A program made the position numbers and the translations under genes. The notes beneath the pieces are model-generated. The model saw only the letters and a list, made by a program, of their open reading frames with translations, did not search any database and was not told the DNA's origin. Of a DNA stretch of 64,000 nucleotides, positions 40,901 through 49,600 are shown in pieces. The DNA comes from Phoronis australis (taxonomy: Eukaryota; Animalia; Phoronida): the NCBI GenBank assembly GCA_002633005.1, contig NMRA01000018.1, positions 567,846 to 631,845 of the forward strand. Reading direction: 5' to 3'. Every line of letters begins with the position of its first letter. The stretch's first letter is position 1.

Positions 40901-43900
40901 CATACCATATTTCATGAAAATCCGTTCAAAACTTTTGAAGATACAAAGGTAAGCGTAAAAAAAATTGCCACTAGAGGGCCACACCGGTAGTCAGATCAGT
41001 CTGGAAGTTCGCTCATGCCGTCCCATTCATGAATGAAACATGCGTGCCAAATTTCATGAACGTATGTCAAAGGGATTTGGAGATAAAGCAGCGGACGCCG
41101 GACAGACGTCGCCCAAACGGACGGACAGAGATGACGGCATAATGCGTCCACATATAAATATGTAGGTGCACAACAAATACAGAGGCAGACAAAACACAAG
41201 ACTCGAAAATAACAGAAAAAGACATAGTTTATATTCTTAATTTCTGGTCTGAAACCTCTAATTCCATGAAAGAGTACGTGAAATGTGTGATTTCTGTCCG
41301 TTTTCCGATATCAAGGAAAACCAGGGACCCTATGGATGACTGAGCCTTTGAGATGCGATTTACTTAGTGCATCTTGACCAACATGCATGATCAATCAGCA
41401 TTTGTCAGTAGTGAGTTTTGGGCATTGAAAAGCCCTAATGTCAAACTGGACCAAAAATTATTAACAGCCTGCGTAAATGCACAACTGTGCAGTGTGCCCA
41501 CACCTGTAGTTTCATAATGTGTTTGTTACTCTCTAAGTACTCGCTCATCTAGGACATGTGGAAATGGACGACCTAATTATGTTCAATGGACACTAACATT
41601 TCTTATTTGTCACATGTAATTTATTAAATGGTAACTGAATGTGTACTGGGTGGTATGATTATTGATATGATGACAGGATTGCACGCCAAGACTTCAGGAA
41701 CTACGATAACTTCGCTAAGTTTAACAAAATATCGGTTGTCAATTACACTCTGCGAAGTTCTGTGAAAGCACTTTTGTCAGAGAACTTTTCAAATTATTGC
41801 ATATCTATTATGTGCATCAGAATTTCGTGGACTCTTAGCATAAAATTTCACACAAAAATGATACTTACTGAAATATTAGGAGCTCCATCTGAAAATAGAA
41901 AAGAAAGTTTCTTAGGTATTCCCACATTTCCAATTATCACCACCAGTCACACTCAACTTACATTACAGTAATTTGTCCTGTTTTAAGTAGCGTGCCGAAA
42001 AGCCAAATTGAATTAGGCCTTTTACTCCTTTAAAATCTCCTGTTTCTTACAGTAATAAGATTCCATTTTCGTTACCAACAACAAATCCACTAGTGACTCA
42101 AAGAAAATGCTTCAAATTTTATTAGGTTGGTCAACCCAATAGTTGCAAAAGTGGGCCATGCATCATGCATGCATTACCTGAGACTTCAGTGGCTGGCTCA
42201 ATCAGAACATACGATTGAGGAAATATTTTTAAAATCTAACACGCCCTAAGTTTAATTAAAAAAACATTTATCAAATTTCATAAACTTTCTTCATATCACT
42301 TGGCAGCTTCAAAGGCAGAAACTAAAGCAGATAACAAAATACTACGGGGAGTTGGACACGCATAAGACCAAGCTGTATATGTGCTACTAAAAAGCCCTCC
42401 CTAGGACTTGTCAACATGTCGCCTGGAGATGGGATAATGCGTTTCACAGCAACTAACATTTTCAGCTAATTAAAATTTCCAGATGCGCCTGACTAGGGCA
42501 TATCAGCGGTGTTTCTACTAATTCTGAAATGATCAACTTACAACACTTTGTGGTGGAAAAACATATTTATTTTTACGTAAGAAGCCCTTATTATCAAATA
42601 CCCACAACAATTTCCCTGATATCGCACTGCAACACTGGTCAGTCTCGTTGTTAGCGCGCAAGCGGTCCCCTGGCAGACAATTGTGACTTGGAAATGTGCG
42701 TCTCAGTCTCATTTTTTATTGCAAAAGACTGCAACCGTGAAAATGACAACCCTACTAATTGTCAAACTTTCAGCAAAGTAGTTTTTGAGTGGTCAATAAC
42801 TTCCCCGCTACTCTCTCACAGTTCGTAGAAAAAATATACACACAAGGAACGTCAAGGCCCCACTTCGCATAACTGCTTCATTTCTTTTTCCCTTTCAAAA
42901 CACAGCTTGTGGAACATACAGTTTCTATGAGCTGTTGACCGAGTCGAGAAATCTCCCTGGGCATGTGCCCGACTGTGATGCAGCCCCACTGCACAAGCAC
43001 CCAGTCTTTATCATGTGAGTCGTAAAATGAAACCATGGCCCGTAGCATTGATCTAAATCTGCAGACTAGTATAAAAAATAAATTGAACTTATGATGAGCT
43101 GACGGCACTGCTATCGGGCCGGAGTGAACATACGACACATAAAATTTATTACAAGTAACAGCAGCACCAGGATTGCAAGGGCCTAGATTACCAGGACAAA
43201 CCACGTTCATAATAAAGCATAATTAGCATCGAATAAGCTAACTCACTTGCAGCGGCTAGTTGAACAGCCCCAGTACTTGCACTTGGTGATGTTTTGCAGT
43301 GAGAACTACGTGGGGCTTAGTCTGAGGTTAAATTGTGATCTGGCCTACTGCACGTTACAGAATAACAATTCCAAACTTTTGTTGATTGAATATACACCAT
43401 TCACATAAAGCAACAGTTCTAAAATGTTCAAATAAACTCCCGGATACGTAACCAAGCTAATACTAGGACCTTATTTACTATCTCGTTGACGGGAACAGTG
43501 TTTTGGTAAGATCTGTTTGAGTGACAGGTGACTCATAAGTATGTCGCACGCGCTGCCGCAGAAACAAACCAGTGTTACATATACTGCAGCTGCGTCGCAT
43601 GTTGGGTGTGCGAACAGTTTAATATGAAGATGTTGAGCACCAGTGGATATAATAGCGAATAATCGGTCAAATAAATATATTTCCTACGACAAAGTTTCAT
43701 AAGTCGATTTTGTTCAGTCAGTAACATAGCTATTTATATTTTTGACGTCATTGTGTGAATTTGCGCGGATGTTAAAACTGTCTAAAACTGCAAATCAAAA
43801 TGTTGTCAGCACTCGTTTCCATAAATTCTAAGATTTCGGACACGGCTGATTTTCCAGTCTTTCTCACATTCCTGTTTTATAAAAATCAACTTCATGGATC

Positions 43901-46347
43901 AATATGCGTTTTAGTAAAATAATCATGTCAAATTACCGAAAAACACCATTAAAATAGATCACATTTGGAACTAAGAAATAAGCTTTTAAAAAATGAACAA
44001 TTTTCAGCAATAGCTTTTGGACAAAATTGCAGCAAGACTACCGTATTTCTCCACAACGTCATTTACGAAAATGACATTATTCTAACAGCCCCTTTTTGCG
44101 CATTACCTTGATCTGAGACTGGTTGTTGTTGCAACTTCTCCAGTAACAGTTGCTGCAAGAAATATAGAGATGGGTAAGTGTACAAGTTGTCAGTGGGCCC
44201 TCAAGTGTACATGTTTTAAAGTCGGCATCATGAGTACTTCGGCCAGGCAAATTTATTTTCACTTTTCCGCCTACTTCATAGGTGCACTTTTGATATAGGA
44301 AAATTCCATACATTTAAAGATGCACATCTGGCAATGAATTTGGTAAAAAATGACAAAATGTTGAAATTTAGAGTTTAAGAACGTTGTGCCACAATTGATC
44401 AAAACAGATTTTCTTAGGTATTCTAACAGGTGCATTATTATTGGCCACATTAAACAAGAGAGCGGCGAAACAGTTCCAACACAGTAGCAGTAAAAATGAA
44501 CTTTTTTCAAAATAACATTGCCATATTTCACTGGTAATTACAAATATCTTCAGGGATTAATATCACATTCATACTAAACATGTAATGAATTTAGTTTTTC
44601 AAACTCTTTCAAATGAAAAAGTATGAGAAAACGTGATGTTTTTTAAACAGTATGATAACGCAGGAATTGAGACAGCAATTAGGAAGACGTTAGACAGCAG
44701 ACCTCAATTCTGTTCAAGCTTTTGTTGTCTTTAACCAAAGATATTCCCACATAATACAATCAGAACATACTACAGGGCCATAGAAAGGCAATTAACAAGC
44801 AAATTCAACTTTGTAAAACACTGCAAACTGTTGAAATAAAAACCTTGCACAGTCACGAACATATCAACAGTTACAGCATTGAAACAACTTGGACAAGTCC
44901 TGACAAAAAACTATGCCATATGAAGTACAATACTGTGTTGGCTAAACTTCATTGAGATATGCAAGAGGCAAAATTTGAATGTCGACTGAACCGTTTTGCA
45001 CAAAATTATTGTAGATTTAATTTGTAGAGATTACATTTTTCATTTCTACTATGCTCCAAATTTTCAATAAAATCGAATAACATTATGTGATGTAATAAAT
45101 TTGCTTGAATTTATAAAGAATTGTAGTTTTAAAGATAAAAGTATTGGCATATTCCATTCAAACATACATGTGGTATTGCTTAATGAAAGGCTGACGCGGT
45201 CTTGGGTCATACTTATTGTATCTGCTGTATAGCAAAACTCATCAAACAACGGAAACAACCAAAAGTTCTTATGTTGGGCACATGCTGATAAAAATTATAA
45301 ATTTTGTATGCTATAATAATTGTAGTTGTTGTAGAAAACATAAGAAATGTCACACATGGAGTAGTCAACTGTCCTTTGAGTTCTCTCCCTTTGCCAAGTA
45401 TTTTATGTCATTCAAAGCTGTTCTTCGTAATTCAGGCAAAAAGAATTTTTACTGCAAACAAGATTCACTGAATAAGTATTCCCGAATGATGCCTTTTCAA
45501 CACGACATCATTGTGCATGCAAACACACTTTTAATGCATGCTTCTTCATAATTAGATTAAAGACTAACAACTTTAGAAGTGTGGACTAAACCATTTCAAT
45601 GGTGTTTCAATAGTTCAAAGAAATCAAACAAGCAAGGCTCTCTTACAGGGAATGGGTTTTGTGATTGGCTAGGGTTGTTAGACTGCACCTATTCAGTTCA
45701 ACATTTGAGACACAAAAACTCTGTTGTTACACAAAATTTCCAGATTAAAACATTTTTAATAATGAAGTAGAAATATTTATTTAGACAAACAAGAAAAAAG
45801 TAAAATGCCACGTGAAAGTTCTCACAAAATGTTGGCATGCCCTCCAATGCCCCAATGCCAAAGGCAAATCACTGACCCACATACATCTAAGTGGGTCAAA
45901 CACGGGAGACAACTGAACAAGTATAGTAAACAGAACAGTACAGAACACTACGAAATGTGTAATCCAAAAAATAAAAGCATAGGTAATATGGACAGTCAGC
46001 CAGTGAAATCAAAAGTGAGAGAAGACATATCGTGTCACTAGTAGCTTTAAATACAACATATTTAATCCCTGCTGGTCATAAATCACTGAAGGCTTTGACT
46101 TTGCTAAGTTTTCTACGAGCCCGAGCCCGGCCGAGGACGCGGTATTTGCACAAGATTGTGTCGATGTTCACGGGGCATTACGTATGCAGACTAAAGAAGA
46201 ATATCTTACAGCTTTCAGTCGGTCCATCAGTTGATGCTTACTGCCACTTTTTGACAACCCTCTCTTATCTAGTTCCTTCTTGAGATCCACTACACGGAGC
46301 TCTTTCAGAGCTTTACCGTCAATCGTTACCTTCTCTTGTTCCGCCAT
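1678..46347 (-). CDS. ACIN1: Apoptotic chromatin condensation inducer in the nucleus (Acinus); spliced gene, 18 exons in window, 3' end outside window
   Basis: Exons 46347-46210, 44152-44107, 41888-41869, 39711-39612, 19105-19014, 18793-18625, 18252-18127, 17034-16364, 15913-15832, 14441-14378, 12468-12342, 11843-11761, 10485-10419, 8259-8202, 6232-6126, 3242-3111, 2568-2475, 1913-1678 all have AG/GT boundaries and join in frame (2412 nt). Acinus hallmarks: N-terminal SAP domain, NSFIKQYLEQQ, RKRKWGS...ISTDSLK.LIPDIKP, RRM start VIHVSNLVRPFTLGQLKEML...FWIDKIKSHCY. Confidence 0.95.
2475..2568 (-). CDS. ACIN1: ACIN1 exon 17
   Basis: DVKPENDEVEDKRDEDGEKVQGEEDTRVVEQ; phase 0 to 1. Confidence 0.85.
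3111..3242 (-). CDS. ACIN1: ACIN1 exon 16
   Basis: GLIPDIKP...VKIKRTISQ, continues the conserved DSLK-LIPDIKP motif; phase 0 to 0. Confidence 0.92.
3388..5389. mobile_element. PIF/Harbinger-like MITE copy 1 (HINE-like element nested inside)
   Basis: TIRs GGGCTGTTCCAG...CTGGAACAGCCC; 3-bp TSD TCA (3385-3387, 5390-5392). Confidence 0.8.
3509..4750. mobile_element. Helentron/HINE (DINE-1-like) non-autonomous element with CTCF-motif monomer array, copy 1
   Basis: Starts ACAAGAGCAA..GAAATGCGCCCA; ends with hairpin ATGCACCCAC-atataaatac-GTGGGCGCAT; 8 CCACTAG(N)2GGCRC-type motifs, mostly ~130-160 bp apart. Confidence 0.75.
5394..5522. mobile_element. Short palindromic MITE-like element
   Basis: Arms TTGGATATAACGTGCC and GGCACGTTATATCCGA with imperfect outer extension. 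Confidence 0.55.
6126..6232 (-). CDS. ACIN1: ACIN1 exon 15
   Basis: Conserved RKRKWGS...PSVNISTDSLK motif; phase 1 to 0. Confidence 0.93.
6460..7766. mobile_element. PIF/Harbinger-like MITE copy 2
   Basis: TIRs GGGCCGATCCAGCAAAATC...GATTTTGCTGGACAGCCC; TSD TTA; internal 7428-7520 similar to 5112-5200 of copy 1. Confidence 0.8.
8202..8259 (-). CDS. ACIN1: ACIN1 exon 14
   Basis: gatttcag/EQSASETSDVSSSKKISLS/GTAGGT; phase 0 to 1. Confidence 0.78.
8597..10135. mobile_element. Possible LTR-type remnant
   Basis: Perfect 8-bp inverted ends TGTAACAT...ATGTTACA; skewed composition with repeated CAGTTC; no TSD and no coding motif seen. Confidence 0.3.
10419..10485 (-). CDS. ACIN1: ACIN1 exon 13
   Basis: ttttgttttag/SPKKSSEPGPTKEGMCTETEEPM/GTATAA; phase 2 to 0. 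Confidence 0.78.
11761..11843 (-). CDS. ACIN1: ACIN1 exon 12
   Basis: KEEPGKESRDQKEKTEDVAMATAPAAE; phase 0 to 2. Confidence 0.82.
12342..12468 (-). CDS. ACIN1: ACIN1 exon 11 (RS-rich)
   Basis: SSSSGSSRSRSRSSSASRSKSRSRSRSRSSSSSDSEDEGPNK; phase 2 to 0. Confidence 0.88.
13085..14236. mobile_element. HINE-like CTCF-motif element, copy 2 (diverged)
   Basis: Same head (GCAACGCAGAGCATTGAAATGCCC), ~8 degenerate motifs, CGGACGGAC tail. Confidence 0.7.
14378..14441 (-). CDS. ACIN1: ACIN1 exon 10
   Basis: GSKAGKQTSGNKKARSRSSSS; phase 1 to 2. Confidence 0.8.
15832..15913 (-). CDS. ACIN1: ACIN1 exon 9
   Basis: MEVEEKHEDTEGSGGTEKSVEPDKSSS; donor GT runs into a (GT)n microsatellite; phase 0 to 1. Confidence 0.82.
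16364..17034 (-). CDS. ACIN1: ACIN1 exon 8 (large acidic low-complexity exon)
   Basis: Branch point tactaac plus ctccag acceptor; 671 nt open, E/K/T-rich; donor GTGAGT; phase 1 to 0. Confidence 0.88.
18127..18252 (-). CDS. ACIN1: ACIN1 exon 7
   Basis: GRRKLRRNVSSESSDTPAPPVRRSRR...; ctctctatag acceptor, GTAAGA donor; phase 1 to 1. Confidence 0.85.
18625..18793 (-). CDS. ACIN1: ACIN1 exon 6
   Basis: ESSPEKLRKPSEDQVPSSDVKEPQ...APSG; donor GTAAGT; phase 0 to 1. Confidence 0.85.
19014..19105 (-). CDS. ACIN1: ACIN1 exon 5
   Basis: atttcag acceptor, acidic EEQALSAADTEDSQEEEEDSQ..., donor GTAAGT; phase 1 to 0. Confidence 0.85.
21024..23629. mobile_element. HINE-like CTCF-motif element, copy 3 (5' part duplicated across N at 21922; MITE inserted)
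   Basis: ACAAGAGCAACGCAGAGTGTTGAAATGCGCCCACG head; tail GGACAGACAGAGATGA..ATGCGACCACAtataaattTGTGGGCGCAT; a truncated further head follows at ~23651-23790. Confidence 0.75.
22308..22770. mobile_element. hAT-like MITE with 6-bp TSD (near-identical copy at 21435-21920)
   Basis: TIRs CAGGGCTTGGAAT...ATTCCAAGCCTTG; TSD CACTGA; empty site TTCACACTGAGAAC visible in paralogous copy at ~40327. Confidence 0.8.
24661..24860. mobile_element. Tc1/mariner (pogo/Tigger-like) MITE terminus
   Basis: TACCGTA start followed by repeated TTAA(C/G)CGCCC motifs; related ends at ~33037-33190 and 36240-36320. Confidence 0.5.
24953..26105 (-). mobile_element. Partial copy of the hAT-like MITE at 30373-33896, inverted
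   Basis: Reverse complement of 30373-30455 plus 31787-32790; ends GTCGAGCCCTG. Confidence 0.75.
27974..30272 (+). pseudogene. Degenerate THAP-domain gene (P-element/THAP9 or THAP12-like transposase N-terminus)
   Basis: Exon 1 MGKDAFCSAINCMKSSTKTPDVSFCRFPKDPE(R)/GTAAG at 27974-28071 and again 29342-29439; exon 2 ~30090-30270 with CKRW, KLCFHHFEESMF, (AVP)TIFDVPNPP and frameshifts; C2CH THAP signature. Confidence 0.8.
30456..30828 (+). pseudogene. TatD-family DNase, C-terminal ~120 aa, intronless, inside retroelement fragment
   Basis: Motifs LHSFRG, YFSVSG, IPSKRLLVETDAPY, IAEVRGVSKGEICRLSRDNLASF; stop at 30826-30828; ATG at 30439 comes from the flanking MITE. Confidence 0.88.
30456..31786 (+). 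mobile_element. 5'-truncated LTR retrotransposon: TatD ORF, 3' UTR, PPT and 3' LTR (31460-31786)
   Basis: PPT GAATGGGGAGGAAA abuts TGTAGTG at 31460; LTR ends CACAACA at 31786 (6/7 inverted match); TATA-like GTATATAA at 31711; host MITE resumes exactly at 31787. Confidence 0.8.
34001..34152 (-). mobile_element. 152-bp solo LTR containing a tRNA-like Pol III promoter (TRIM, Ajax/Cassandra-type)
   Basis: TGTAGTA...TACAACA termini; 4-bp TSD GAGC; on minus strand TTATAT box then box A TAGCTGAATGG and box B GGTTCGATCC (34021-34090). Confidence 0.75.
39164..39330 (+). pseudogene. Harbinger/HARBI1-type DDE transposase fragment
   Basis: HVL(G)DGAYP ... FNNK...EDAFGCLKRKW matches the GDxAYP...FN...ExAFGxLKxRW pattern; frameshifted. 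Confidence 0.6.
39612..39711 (-). CDS. ACIN1: ACIN1 exon 4
   Basis: LQESAGTNSFIKQYLEQQKKLLESQREAKKKLE; conserved Acinus motif; phase 0 to 1. Confidence 0.92.
39968..41170. mobile_element. HINE-like CTCF-motif element, copy 4
   Basis: ACAAGAGCAAAGCGGAGCGTTGA head; motifs at ~40137, 40280, 40419, 40541, 40684, 40827, 40967; (GGAC/AGAC)n and terminal hairpin. Confidence 0.75.
41869..41888 (-). CDS. ACIN1: ACIN1 exon 3 (20-nt micro-exon)
   Basis: ctttcttttctattttcag/ATGGAGCTCCTAATATTTCA/GTAAGT; restores frame between exons 2 and 4 (DGAPNIS). Confidence 0.8.
42830..43060 (-). pseudogene. Degenerate HIRAN-like ORF of transposon type
   Basis: SHDKDWVLV..TVGHMPREISRL...CVLKGKKK*SSYAKWGLDVPCVYIF matches the HD-AV-VGHxPREIS...GLExPC pattern; internal stop and deletion. 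Confidence 0.55.
44107..44152 (-). CDS. ACIN1: ACIN1 exon 2
   Basis: tttcttgcag/QLLLEKLQQQPVSDQ/GTAATG; resembles vertebrate ALMLENLQ segment; phase 0 to 1. Confidence 0.85.
46210..46347 (-). CDS. ACIN1: ACIN1 coding exon 1 (SAP domain)
   Basis: aacATGGCGG start; MAEQEKVTIDGKALKELRVVDLKKELDKRGLSKSGSKHQLMDRLKA; donor GTAAGA; phase 0. Confidence 0.95.
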
Positions 46348-46540
46348 GTTTTCTCTGACGCCGAATCATCGTGAAGCTCCGGAACATTTAGTAGACTCTA
46401 AATTTCAACTGTTTTTAAATTTCATGCAGTTACGACTTCATAAAAATATATAATTTTGTACAGCAACTAAGTGCTTATTGAAGTTGTGCAGTTTATATGT
46501 TTATTCGGCTACTCCCGTCACTCAGTTGCGTTCTTTAAAG
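46348..46540. promoter_or_regulatory. Compact bidirectional promoter and 5' UTRs of ACIN1 and BLOC1S4
   Basis: 193 bp between divergent ATGs; AT-rich core (cataaaaatatataattt ~46440-46457); YY1-like AACATGGCGG overlaps the ACIN1 start. Confidence 0.75.
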
Positions 46541-46699
46541 ATGGAGGTAGATTATGGAAACCAGGAAGACAACATGTCAAGCGAAAACACGAACAATGAT
46601 GCAGAAGGGAGTGAACAAAGGGAAAAATCTGTCGAAGTTCTCGTTAACCAGTTTACAAATGACTATATTGGATACCTAGATGTTGATTCCAACAGCGAC
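46541..46699 (+). CDS. BLOC1S4: BLOC1S4 exon 1
   Basis: aagATGGAG start; MEVDYGNQED...FTNDYIGYLDVDSNSD; donor GTGAGC. Confidence 0.85.
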
Positions 46700-49600
46700 G
46701 TGAGCTCTTTATCTGTCTAAGTTAAAAATCTTCAACACTTTGTAATTGTAGTGAGACGTTATTACTACAACTTCAACGTCAACGAGGCAACGTTGTATAG
46801 CTGTAAATTGCTCACTGAAACAGTCATCAGTGACGCTTAGGCATTGACCACCCTCTGTAACTGGCCCCAGTATAGAGACGGTGGCCATCCCATTGGTACT
46901 TTTTCACCGGAAGCTTTTAAACGAGTTATGCGTCACGCTGATTAAAACATCCAAGTCATGTTGTGATGGCTTGGAATTAGTTTAAGTCAAGAGGATTTTG
47001 GTTTCAATTTCCTCTTATTTGATTTCCAGTCTCCCTTTTTATCATCTATTTTTTATCATTATTTTGACATTATTCATGCACAAAAATTTTCCTGCAGTTA
47101 AATTTTACAACAAAAAATATTGTATCACATATGCCTATTTATTTGTAGAACAATACATCACCTGAATATTTTTCCTTGTTTTTGTAATGGGTCATTCAAA
47201 GCCCTGTGTTATAAATAACTTTTGCACATAGAAGGACACCTTTGGAGGACATTGATGTCTTTAGTTATCTCATGTCAAGTCAAGATTGGGTATGAGTGAA
47301 CTTGGAATACCTTAGGAAACTTGGCAAGTTCACTCAATTAATCATGTTCGTTTTAAAAAATGTTTGCTCTGCACTAAACCAAATCACATTCTAATAATGA
47401 TATAATGTAAATTTTAATTGCAATCTTTATTGTTTTTTTTCAACTATTGACATTCTTACATACCATTAATTGACTGTTACATATTCCTTCAAATGGTAAA
47501 TGAGAAATGGATGATTAAGGGGCCAATAATAAAATTACAAAAATTCATGGCAGTGAATAAAAAGTTTCTGCACTGATTGCTGTAATTCCAAGTTCACGCA
47601 TACGCGACCTTGAGAACGGAATTCCAAGTTCATACACCACAGCTTCTCTTCCAAAGGATATGGTTACGAGGCACTGTACAGTTCTCGCTGGGTTTTGCCT
47701 GACAATGCATATGTCACTGGACTTGATGACCTTCTTCCACGCTATCAAAAACAATATTAACAACTGCAAGTCTGTTCCTGTCAACTGTATTCTGTCTGAA
47801 ATAGAAATCAATGCACCCTGATTCATGGTACTCAAGTTTGTCTTGCCATCCCTATGAAAATTCAGTTAGTTCACAACAGAATGTCCAATCTAGCACTGTT
47901 TGCCTGTGCCAGTTTTGTTTTGTTCAAGGAAGATTATTTTAATGATATAAATTTTATGTTAGATTTTCTTTTGGTCAGTTTTTACGCAGATTGATCCAAA
48001 GCTGTGTATTTACGCAAACCTACACTGCCAATTCAATCCACCAACTGCAGCACCGATACAAGCAGTTTTGGTAATAATTGCTGAGCTCACCATGTGCACA
48101 GTTTCTGTCTCGTTCACTCAGCAGCTTCAGATTGCAGATGCATCTAATTAGCCCATTCAAAGGACAAAACACACATTGGCATGTTGCCACTGAGATGCTT
48201 GTATCAGCCTTTAGTGTTGGGATTGTTCTTCATCAGTGTCTCTCTTTGATTTCCCTGAGTATAACCAGTGCTGGTGTGTCATTGGTCAAGTCCACTACAC
48301 TACTTATGACAATTATTTAGTCATTCATTTGTATTCACCAGTAGTTGATGTTCTGGCTGATTCTTCATGATTGTACGATTTTGCTCATGTGAACTTATTG
48401 ACTGGTTTTATGGAGATACTAGAGATTGCCGGAAGAGAAATATGTGGGAAAGTAGGAGTTGTGCTTTGATTTAGATGTTGTGAAAAATATCGATAATTTG
48501 TGAATGCGATTTTCAGCAACAAGTGCTTGATGAAACCATAGAAGAAATGCTTACAAGATTGGACGAGTTTTGCGGGCTTGTTGACATGGTAGAGTATTAA
48601 CATACTGTTGACATGGTAAAGCATAAACGCACACAGTTGGTTTATGTTGGCTTACTCTCCTCTTATTTTGCACAAAATTCAGGGTGTTTGAAATAATTGA
48701 ACACTCATATTTCGAAGTTGAAGGTTGTACAAATTAAATTAATAACCATAGAAAAATCGTTAAGTGCCCATATGTGAATGTACTAAAATGTGGCCTTTGA
48801 TTAGTAGTCAGTGGCCCTGAGCTGTTGGAGCTCACATTTTTGTCATTAAAGTTGGTGAAAAGGGACAAAAGGTTGAAGTTTAAGAGGTTGTTCATTTTGT
48901 CGTTATTGAAAAAAATATTTTTTTCAAGCATTCTAACAGGCACATTCCTAAGCAGTGTTTGGTCAAGCTAAACTAAAGAAACCTGCAGATTAGCAGTATT
49001 AATTTAAATTATTTATGAAATCACAAAGTACGAAGCTACTTTGAATTTTTTAATATTTATTGAATTAAGCAAACATGTACAGCGTATGTATAAGGGCAAA
49101 GAATATTCATACACACGAGCATATAATACACATGCAAACAAAGTTGTTTTTAATTAATTCCGTATGCTCACCAGAGAAGACATGGGGTAATTTTCTCCAG
49201 ATTGTAATTACATTCTTCAGTAAAACCATTTTTTCAGAAGCAGAAAATTTCTGACAGTTGAATTCTGATATTTCAACACTCCAATGAAACCAAAAATGTT
49301 TGGTATTGTAACCTTAAATTTTGCTTGATAGATGAATTTTTGCATATTAGCATAAACCAATTTAAAAATTTACCTCCTGCGTCAGAAATATCACCAAAAA
49401 GTATTTCTCTTGTGGTAATATGAAAATTAAACCTCTGACTAGCACACAGATTTCTATTTCTGTCAGAAAATTTGTTTTACAGGTATAAAAAATGTGTTCT
49501 AAAGTTTCAGTCTCAACTGTACAAAATGAACACTTTTCAGAGTCAACTATCTTAATTTTATGTAAAAAAACTGTTGATTACAATAATTCTTTGTAGAATT

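Noticed and set aside
1-46347. Intronic C/D or H/ACA snoRNAs in ACIN1
   Set aside because: A by-eye scan found no properly spaced C and D boxes with a terminal stem; an Infernal/Rfam search is needed to exclude them.
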